This document shows, piece by piece, positions 16,256 to 23,454 of a stretch of 51,409 nucleotides of DNA. A program made the translations under genes and the position numbers. The notes below the pieces were generated by a model. That model saw only the letters and a list, made by a program, of their open reading frames with translations, ran no database searches and was not told where the DNA came from. The stretch lies in contig JAHEFO010000001.1 of the NCBI GenBank assembly GCA_024640135.1, positions 10,035-61,443 on the forward strand, written 5' to 3'. The stretch is from Acidobacteriota bacterium. Its GTDB lineage: Bacteria; Acidobacteriota; Vicinamibacteria; Vicinamibacterales; SCN-69-37. Numbering within the stretch: the first letter of the stretch is position 1; each line of letters starts with the position of its first letter.

Positions 16256-18502
16256 GTGCCAGACGAGGACAGCCGGCGGAACGAGCCTGCCAGAGTCAGC
16301 CCGGGAGAATTTGTCTGGATTCGCCGCCAACTCTGGCGAGTCCGGAGCGTACACACCGGGGCAGGCCTCACGCGCCTCCTGGTCGAGGCGGCCGCAGCAA
16401 ACGAGAACCGGAATTTTCTCTTGCCGGCCGAGCGGTGGCGCCCCGACCGCGCCCGACCCTCACGAAGGGTGTCTTCCCGCCGCGCGCTGGCCTGGCTCAT
16501 CTCATGGACGGCCCGCACCTCTCCCGCCTTCACGCCGTCGGCAATCGTCGGAGCCCACACCCTGCTGCTGGCCTATCAACTCGAGCCGGCGCTGGCCGTC
16601 CTGGCGGGTACGCGCCGCATTCTCATCGCTGACGGAGTGGGCCTTGGCAAGACCGTTCAGGCCGCCCTCATCATCGCGGAGATGACGCAACGGCGCGCTG
16701 ACGCCCGAGTCCTCGTGCTGGTGCCCGCACCACTCGTCGCGCAGTGGTCCGACGAACTGAGGACGCGCTTCGGCATCGCCGCCAGCACGGCGAACGCCGC
16801 GGAGTTTACGCGGCTTCGGTCCGGCCGGCCCTACATGAAGAATCCCTGGCAGGGCCCCGGGGTCTGGCTCGCGTCCCCCGACTACCTCAAGCAACTCCAC
16901 GTTCTGGAAGCCATGCCGGACACGCCGTTTGATCTCGTGGTGATTGACGAGGCGCACATCCTGTCCGGCAAGTCGCAGCGGCGCGCGGCCATCCACGCTC
17001 TGGCTCGCTCGGCGCGACACGTCGTCATGCTCACGGCCACGCCGCACGATGGTGACCACGCCAGATTCACGCGTCTCGTGTCGCTGGGCGCCACCGGCTC
17101 GAAGGCCGACGCGCTGACCACCTTCCGGCGTACTCGGACGACACCCGCTCGACACATCCGCAGACTTGACGTGAACGCGGGACCGGGTCTGTCGCGCGTT
17201 CTGGAAGCCATCGATGCGTTCGAGCGTTCCGTGCGCGCCGCGCCTCCCGCCGCGCTCAATCTCATCTGCGCCGTGTTCCGGAAACGAGCGCTCTCGTCGA
17301 TGGCGGCGCTCCACGCCTCCCTCGACCGCCGCATGTCGCTGATCAACGACAAGAACAACCACGAAGGCACAGATGACTGGGAACAGCTTGACTTCTTTTC
17401 GGCCGACCTGGTGCCTGATCACGAGTGGGCGGCGCTGAACGGAGACCTGGGGCTTGCACCCGCACGCGAACGGAACTGGCTGGCACGACTTCGGAACGCG
17501 GCGTCGCCAGAGTCGGCCAATCGTGATCCAAAACTGACCCGGTTGCGCCGGCTGCTGCGCCGCGCGAACGAGCCCGTGGTGGTGTTCACGGAGTATCGCG
17601 ACACGCTGCTGGCCGTGGCAACCGCGCTGGCAACCCAGCGTGACATTGCCGTATTGCACGGGGGGCTCACATCGGCACAGCAGGTCCAGGCGCTCCGCGC
17701 CTTCGTCCATGGTCACGCGGACACGTTGCTGACCACCGACGTGGCGAGCCAGGGGATCAACCTGCAGCGCCGCGCGCGCTGGGTGATCAACTTCGACCTG
17801 CCGTGGACTCCCGCACGACTCGAGCAGCGCGCCGGCCGGGTCGACCGAATCGGTCAAACGCGGCTCGTGCATGTGACGTCGCTCGGCGTTCGCCACACGG
17901 CGGAGGCTGCTCAGCGCGCGCGGGTTGCCGCGCGGCAGGACGCGAGCAACGCGGCGGCGCTGGTCACGTGCACCCGATGGACACGCGCGGCCGACAGCCT
18001 TGCGCGCCAGTTCGCCCGCCAGCGGGCGGTGGCGACCCTCTGGCGCGGTCCGGATCCGATCGCGCTGCCTCGCGCCCGCGTGCCCCAGCAACTGATCCAG
18101 CGCATCTGCGGCACCGCTGTTCCACGGGTCACCATCGTCGAGATTCCCCTCGTCAACAAGACGGGCGATGTCCTCGAGCGCCACGCCGGTTGGGTGGCGT
18201 CAAACACTCAGTCCGACACTCCGGGCCACCCACTGCCGACGGCTCTGGCGCGCCGTGCGCTGACGCTCGGTGCCCGCGCCCGGCGGCGCCTGGCGCGAGC
18301 AGAGGCGGCACTGCCGATCGGTCCAGCCATCGGACCCAGGCAGCCCGGACTATTCGACCCGCGCGGCGTCCCGGGACTGCCCAGGGAGGATGACGGTCCG
18401 CGCAGGTCGGCCACCGGGAACGCGCCTGCCGAGGCCGCAGCCGACACGGACGTCTCCATCGGCGCCCTGCGTCCCCTGGTGATCCTCGAGGCGCAGTCGT
18501 GA
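16256..18502 (+). CDS. SNF2/DEAH-family helicase-translocase
   Basis: Motif I DGVGLGKT, motif II VIDEAHIL, motif III LTATPHDG and a helicase-C region with QRAGRVDRIGQ are present. The first ~100 aa and last ~190 aa are unassigned. GTG start with GGGGAG 9 nt upstream. The stop overlaps the next start (GTGA). Confidence 0.85.
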   Translation: MPDEDSRRNEPARVSPGEFVWIRRQLWRVRSVHTGAGLTRLLVEAAAANENRNFLLPAERWRPDRARPSRRVSSRRALAWLISWTARTSPAFTPSAIVGAHTLLLAYQLEPALAVLAGTRRILIADGVGLGKTVQAALIIAEMTQRRADARVLVLVPAPLVAQWSDELRTRFGIAASTANAAEFTRLRSGRPYMKNPWQGPGVWLASPDYLKQLHVLEAMPDTPFDLVVIDEAHILSGKSQRRAAIHALARSARHVVMLTATPHDGDHARFTRLVSLGATGSKADALTTFRRTRTTPARHIRRLDVNAGPGLSRVLEAIDAFERSVRAAPPAALNLICAVFRKRALSSMAALHASLDRRMSLINDKNNHEGTDDWEQLDFFSADLVPDHEWAALNGDLGLAPARERNWLARLRNAASPESANRDPKLTRLRRLLRRANEPVVVFTEYRDTLLAVATALATQRDIAVLHGGLTSAQQVQALRAFVHGHADTLLTTDVASQGINLQRRARWVINFDLPWTPARLEQRAGRVDRIGQTRLVHVTSLGVRHTAEAAQRARVAARQDASNAAALVTCTRWTRAADSLARQFARQRAVATLWRGPDPIALPRARVPQQLIQRICGTAVPRVTIVEIPLVNKTGDVLERHAGWVASNTQSDTPGHPLPTALARRALTLGARARRRLARAEAALPIGPAIGPRQPGLFDPRGVPGLPREDDGPRRSATGNAPAEAAADTDVSIGALRPLVILEAQS

Positions 18503-21500
18503 CGTTGCCCGGCATCGGCGGCCTGTTACTGCCCGCGCGCTTTCTGGCGGAGCGCGTCGCGCCTGGCACGACGTGCGACCTGCGTTCACAGCCACAGTGG
18601 GAACGCTGGTGGAGACACGTCTCGCACACCTGCGGCCCCGCCACTGGCGTGCGGACGCTCTTTGACCTGGTCGCAATGCCCCTGTTCGGCCGCCTCGGCT
18701 TCCGCGCCGCGCACCCGCGATTCCTGCCCGCATCAGCCACTGCCTCACTGCGGACACCTGGTGGGCAAACGGTCGCGCTCATCGTGCGGCCATGGGCCGA
18801 ACACCGGCCCACGGTGTGGCGCGAAGCCACAGTCGCGGCGCGGAATGTTGGCGCGGCATGGTGCTGCGTGTTCGCGCCACCGGTTCTGTCGATCGTGCCG
18901 GCGGCCGGACACGCCGTGCGGCGCAGCCTGGACTTCATGCTGCCTGCCGCCGTCGAACCGGCATCGCTGGGCGTCTTTCTCTCGCTCGCCGGCGCCGTGT
19001 CCTTTGATACCGACGCGCTGGAGCACTGGCTCCAACTGGCAGTATCTGACCAGGCGCGCGTGCGCGGCGATCTGCAGCAGGGAGTGGTGGACGCGCTGGC
19101 GGGATTCACCACGGTGCTGGCACGCACGGCCGGCACGGCGCCAGGCGACGAGGCCCTGACGCTCGTGTATCGAATCCTGTTTCTGCTGTTCGCGGAATCG
19201 CGCGACCTGGTGCCCCGGCATCATCCGATATATCGCGAGACATACACTCTCTCGTCGCTATGTGAGGAAGCCCTGCGAGACGCGCATGCGCGCGGTCTGT
19301 GGGACGGGTTGGCGGCAGTCAGTCGCCTGTCGCGCCGGGGCGGACGCGTGGACACACTGCAGGTGTTCCCGTTCAACGGCCACTTGTTCTCGTCACAGGC
19401 CGCGCCGTCACTCGAATCCGCGCTGGGCGGAGGCCGTCCCTCTCCTGCCAGCGACGCGCGCGACGCCGCTGCCGGCCGCGCGCTCGTGGCGCTGGGCACC
19501 AGGCGCGAACCGGCCGGCCGCATCGCAATCAGCTATGCCGACCTGGGCGTCGAGGAACTCGGCCGCATCTACGAGCGCGTCCTCGACGTCGATCCGGCGC
19601 CCGGCACAAAGCCTTATCCCCCCAGGGGCAGGGGCCACAGTACCCGCCGCAAAGACACGGGAACTTTCTACACGCCACAGGCCCTCGCGGACTTCGTGGT
19701 TCATCGCACACTCGCGCCACTGGTTGAGGGAATACCGGCCGATCGCGTTCTCGACTTGCGAGTGGTCGACCCAGCCATGGGATCCGGCGCCTTCCTCGTC
19801 GCAGCGCTCCGGTATCTGAGCGCCATATATGAGCGCGCACTGATTGATGAGGGCCGATGTCGTTCATCGGACATTTCCGATGTCAATCGCGCCGAGTTCC
19901 GGCGACTCATCGCGCAGCAGTGCCTCTTTGGCGTGGATACCAATCCGGTTGCAGTCCAGGTGGCGCGGCTGTCGTTATGGCTGGCCACGCTTGCGCACTC
20001 CAAGCCGCTGAGTTTTCTCGATCATCACCTGCGAACGGGCAACAGCCTGATCGGCGCCTCGCCAGGAGACCTCCAACGTTCCCGTGGCGCGACCACGCGC
20101 GAATTGCCGCTGTTTGACAGGAACAGCACACGCCTGGAGATCATGCTGCGTCGCGTGGTCCCGGCCCTTGCGGACATCGGGCACCAGCCCGACGACTCGG
20201 TTACCGACGTGCGCCGGAAGGAGGTCGCGTGGGCAGCGCTCCGCGACGACTCGCACCCTCTGTCGCGCTGGCGGCTGGCCGTCAGCCTCTGGTGTGCCCA
20301 GTGGCTGTGGCCGGCGGGCGATCGCCGGCCATCCTCAGCGGAGATTCGTTCCGGCGCAGACGCGCTGCTTCACGGCCAGAGTCAATTGAGTGCCGCTGAG
20401 GCCCGCCGTCTTGCGGCGGCGGCCGAGCGCACCACACAGGAACATCAATGCTTCCACTGGCCCCTCGAGTTTCCCGAGGTCTTCTTCGACGTCACCGGCG
20501 GCCGCCGCCGTGATGCCGGCTTCGACGCCGTACTCGGGAACCCGCCATGGGATGTGGTCCGTCGAGGCAACACGTCAGGCCGCCAGAGGCAGGCGCGCGA
20601 CCCGCTCGTGACCTTCGTGCGCGAATCCGGCCTGTTTCCGCTCTGTCAACGCGGTCATCTCAACCTGTATCAACCATTCGTCGAACGCAGTCTCTCCCTG
20701 GTGCGCCCCGGAGGACGTGTCGGGCTCATCGTCCCCTGGGGCTTCGCGGTAGACGACGGCGCGACGGCACTCCGATCTGCCCTCGTGGACGCCGGAGCGC
20801 TCGACACCATCGTCGGATTCGACAACGCGCGCGGCCTGTTTCCCATTCACCGGGGCGTGCGATTCGCCGTCGTCATCGCCGCGCCAGGGGGCCGGCCGCG
20901 CGACATTCGAGCCCGGTTCGGTGTCGCCACCACCAACACGATTGAAGAGATGACCGCAGCGCACGACGAGCCGCTGCCACTTCAACTCGAGACCGGATTC
21001 GTCGCCAGCGTTGGCGGCCGGACCCGGCGTCTTCCAGACCTTCGCGGCCCCGGCGACGCGGAGTGGTTAGCGGCAGTCATTGGCGCCCACCCTCCGTTGG
21101 GCGCGGCTGACGGATGGCAGGCGCGTTTCAGTCGCGAACTGAATGCCACGGACGACAAGAAACTATTCACCGCTCGACGCAACGGGCACACCTTGCCAGT
21201 GGCCGACGGCAAACACATCGAGCCCTTCCTCGCACATCCGGATCGGAGCAAGCGTTTCATTCTCGCTTCGGCCGCACGACGTCGATTCCCTGACGATCGA
21301 TTCACCCGGCCGCGCCTCGTCTATCGCGACGTCTCGGGAGTGGGTAATCAGTTCACGCTGATCGCCGCCGTGATGCCTGCCGGTGTCGTCACCACGCACA
21401 CGTTGTTCTGTCTACGCAATGACCTGCCAGTGGAACAGCAGCACTTTCTCTGCGGCGTCTTGAACTCGAACCTGCTCAATCGCGTTGTGCGGCTGCTGAT

Positions 21501-21708
21501 GGGGAGCCATGTGACGACGAGTCTGATGGAACAACTGCCGGTGCCGCGCTGGACCAACTCGGCAGCTCATCGTCGAGTCGCCGCCTTGGCGGCGAGACTG
21601 TCTGCGCCCGGACGGTCTGCGACGAGGAACCGCTTGACGGGGCGGCTGAATTCCCAGATAGAGGATCTGTATGGCGTATACATGTGTACCAAACAAGCCC
21701 GTTATTGA
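18499..21708 (+). CDS. Large gamma-class N6-adenine DNA methyltransferase (Eco57I / type IIG / BREX-PglX-like architecture)
   Basis: SAM motif I is VVDPAMGSGAFLV. The helical insert LFGVDTNPVAVQVARLSLWLATLAHSKPLSFLDHHLRTGNSLIG is present. Motif IV is GNPPWD. The C-terminal target-recognition-like domain carries LLNRVVRLL and QLPVP. The first ~330 aa are unassigned. 1069 aa in total. Confidence 0.85.
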   Translation: MTLPGIGGLLLPARFLAERVAPGTTCDLRSQPQWERWWRHVSHTCGPATGVRTLFDLVAMPLFGRLGFRAAHPRFLPASATASLRTPGGQTVALIVRPWAEHRPTVWREATVAARNVGAAWCCVFAPPVLSIVPAAGHAVRRSLDFMLPAAVEPASLGVFLSLAGAVSFDTDALEHWLQLAVSDQARVRGDLQQGVVDALAGFTTVLARTAGTAPGDEALTLVYRILFLLFAESRDLVPRHHPIYRETYTLSSLCEEALRDAHARGLWDGLAAVSRLSRRGGRVDTLQVFPFNGHLFSSQAAPSLESALGGGRPSPASDARDAAAGRALVALGTRREPAGRIAISYADLGVEELGRIYERVLDVDPAPGTKPYPPRGRGHSTRRKDTGTFYTPQALADFVVHRTLAPLVEGIPADRVLDLRVVDPAMGSGAFLVAALRYLSAIYERALIDEGRCRSSDISDVNRAEFRRLIAQQCLFGVDTNPVAVQVARLSLWLATLAHSKPLSFLDHHLRTGNSLIGASPGDLQRSRGATTRELPLFDRNSTRLEIMLRRVVPALADIGHQPDDSVTDVRRKEVAWAALRDDSHPLSRWRLAVSLWCAQWLWPAGDRRPSSAEIRSGADALLHGQSQLSAAEARRLAAAAERTTQEHQCFHWPLEFPEVFFDVTGGRRRDAGFDAVLGNPPWDVVRRGNTSGRQRQARDPLVTFVRESGLFPLCQRGHLNLYQPFVERSLSLVRPGGRVGLIVPWGFAVDDGATALRSALVDAGALDTIVGFDNARGLFPIHRGVRFAVVIAAPGGRPRDIRARFGVATTNTIEEMTAAHDEPLPLQLETGFVASVGGRTRRLPDLRGPGDAEWLAAVIGAHPPLGAADGWQARFSRELNATDDKKLFTARRNGHTLPVADGKHIEPFLAHPDRSKRFILASAARRRFPDDRFTRPRLVYRDVSGVGNQFTLIAAVMPAGVVTTHTLFCLRNDLPVEQQHFLCGVLNSNLLNRVVRLLMGSHVTTSLMEQLPVPRWTNSAAHRRVAALAARLSAPGRSATRNRLTGRLNSQIEDLYGVYMCTKQARY

Positions 21709-21711
21709 TGT

Positions 21712-21855
21712 TTTGACTGCGACCCGGCTGATCGCCTGCTGGTTGCCGCGGCGCGGGTTCTGAACTTGACGCTGGTGAAAGCCGACGAACAGCTCGTCTC
21801 CGCGAAGCAGGTGCCGACACTCGCGAATCGGTCGTGGGCTGCGGTTGCGCTATAG
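21712..21855 (+). pseudogene. 3' remnant of a VapC/PIN-domain toxin gene
   Basis: The frame reads CFDCDPADRLLVAAARVLNLTLVKADEQLVSAKQVPTLANRS...*. This matches the C-terminal DP(F)DRLL(I/V)A..A...LTLVT.D block of PIN toxins, including the last conserved Asp. There is an in-frame TGA at 21706-21708, no start codon and no antitoxin gene. Confidence 0.55.
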
Positions 21856-21856
21856 T
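21851..21856 (+). promoter_or_regulatory. Candidate -10 box TATAGT, 8 nt upstream of the GTG of the FeS-NrfD gene
   Basis: The hexamer overlaps the stop codon of the PIN remnant. There is no SD before the GTG at 21865. Confidence 0.35.
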
Positions 21857-21864
21857 CGCACCGC

Positions 21865-23388
21865 GTGCCCAACTACGGCTTCGTCATCGATCTGAAAAAG
21901 TGCATCGGCTGCCACGCCTGCACCATCGCCTGCAAGGCCGAGCACGACATCCCGGTGGGCGTCAACCGGTGTTGGGTCAAGACGGTTGAGAAGGGCCGTT
22001 TCCCGGACGCCCAGCGGTTGTTCCTGCCGGTGCTGTGCAACCAGTGCGCGGACGCGCCGTGCATGAACATCTGCCCGACCAGCGCACTCTTCCGGCGCCA
22101 CGATGGCATCGTCGATCTGCATGGAGACGCGTGCATTGGATGCAAAGCGTGCATGGCCGCGTGTCCGTACGACCAACTGTTCATCGATCCCAATACCCGC
22201 ACTGCGGAGAAGTGCAACTTCTGCGCAAACCGGATCGAGAACCAGCTGGAACCGGCGTGCGTGAGTGTCTGTCCCACTGAGTGCCGCATCTTCGGCGACC
22301 TGGACGATTCGACCGCTGCCGTCGCGCAGATTGTGCAGCGTGAAGCCTTCACGGTCCGCAAACCTGAAAAGGGCACGGGACCGAAGGTGTTCTACCTGAG
22401 TGCCGACGACAGCATCATTCAACCCGAAATCGCGTCACGGCCGTTCATCTTCAAGGAGGGCGGTGTGCACTTGCGTCCCCTGGGCTCGAGGGACCCTGAC
22501 CCGCAGTCGCCCGGTGATCCGCGTGTGGACTACGACGTGCCACACAAGAAGGCCTGGGGCATTGACCTGGTGCTGTATCTCTTGACGAAGGGCATTTCGA
22601 CCGGCGCCTTGTTCCTGGGCGCGGTCCTCTGGTTGATGGGCGACCGATCCGCGTTGTCCGGACTGGCGGCGCCCCTGGTCTCGTCGGTGTTCTCCGCACT
22701 GACCGCGCTCGTCCTGGTGATGGACCTGGAGCGGCCGGAACGCTTCTATTACATCCTCACGCGGCCCAACTGGACATCGTGGATGGCACGCGGCGCATTC
22801 ATCCTGGCGGCGCATGGCGTGATTGGCGGCCTCTGGGCACTGGCGTGGTTCCTGGACCTCTCCGGTCTCATTACAATCTGCGCCCTGCTGACTCTGCCGG
22901 TGGCCGTGGGCGCGACTGGTTACACAGGACTGCTCTTCGCGCAGGGCCTGGCGCGCGATCTGTGGCAGGGGCCGCACGCGACCATCGATCTCATCGCTCA
23001 GGCCGCCATGGAAGGAAGCGCGGCGCTGCTCATTGCGGTACTGTTCACGACGGTCGACGCGTGGGTGCTGGAGACGCTCGGGTGGACGCTGGCGGGCGCA
23101 ACGACACTCCATCTCATGATCCTGGTTTCCGAGAATCTGCTGGCGCCCAGTCCCACCCTGCACCACGAGCTGGCCGTACAGGCCATTCGGGAGGGGGCGT
23201 ACGCGCGGATGTTCTGGCTTGGCGCGGTCGGCCTCGGCGGACTGGTGCCGCTGGTACTCTTTGCCATTGCCGTGGCTACGGGATTCTCAATGGTCGCCTT
23301 GATTCCGATGGCGCTGGTCGCGCTGGCCGGCAGCCTGGCCTGGGAGTACATCTGGGTGGAGGCAGGACAATGCGTGCCCATTTCGTAA
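21865..23388 (+). CDS. Fused 4Fe-4S ferredoxin (DmsB/PsrB-like) and NrfD/PsrC-type membrane anchor
   Basis: The N-terminal ~190 aa carries four Cys clusters (CIGCHACTIAC, CNQCADAPC, CIGCKACMAAC, CNFC...CVSVCP). This is followed by about 8 hydrophobic helices typical of NrfD-family quinol-interacting subunits. Confidence 0.85.
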   Translation: MPNYGFVIDLKKCIGCHACTIACKAEHDIPVGVNRCWVKTVEKGRFPDAQRLFLPVLCNQCADAPCMNICPTSALFRRHDGIVDLHGDACIGCKACMAACPYDQLFIDPNTRTAEKCNFCANRIENQLEPACVSVCPTECRIFGDLDDSTAAVAQIVQREAFTVRKPEKGTGPKVFYLSADDSIIQPEIASRPFIFKEGGVHLRPLGSRDPDPQSPGDPRVDYDVPHKKAWGIDLVLYLLTKGISTGALFLGAVLWLMGDRSALSGLAAPLVSSVFSALTALVLVMDLERPERFYYILTRPNWTSWMARGAFILAAHGVIGGLWALAWFLDLSGLITICALLTLPVAVGATGYTGLLFAQGLARDLWQGPHATIDLIAQAAMEGSAALLIAVLFTTVDAWVLETLGWTLAGATTLHLMILVSENLLAPSPTLHHELAVQAIREGAYARMFWLGAVGLGGLVPLVLFAIAVATGFSMVALIPMALVALAGSLAWEYIWVEAGQCVPIS

Positions 23389-23454
23389 TGAGTCAGCGAC
23401 GGACATGGGGAAATGAGGAATTGGTGGCAATGACGGGAATGGGGCAACTGGGTA

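Noticed and set aside
16502-18184. 560-aa ORF antisense to the SNF2 helicase
   Set aside because: It has the Arg/Gly/Pro-rich composition typical of an antisense frame and no motifs. The plus-strand frame carries the complete set of helicase motifs.
18499-19500. PD-(D/E)xK nuclease motif in the methyltransferase N-terminal region, as in MmeI-type IIG enzymes
   Set aside because: I found no convincing D...(D/E)xK arrangement by eye; the nearest candidate is FDLV...ALIVRPWAE. I leave this open for structure-based testing and do not claim it.
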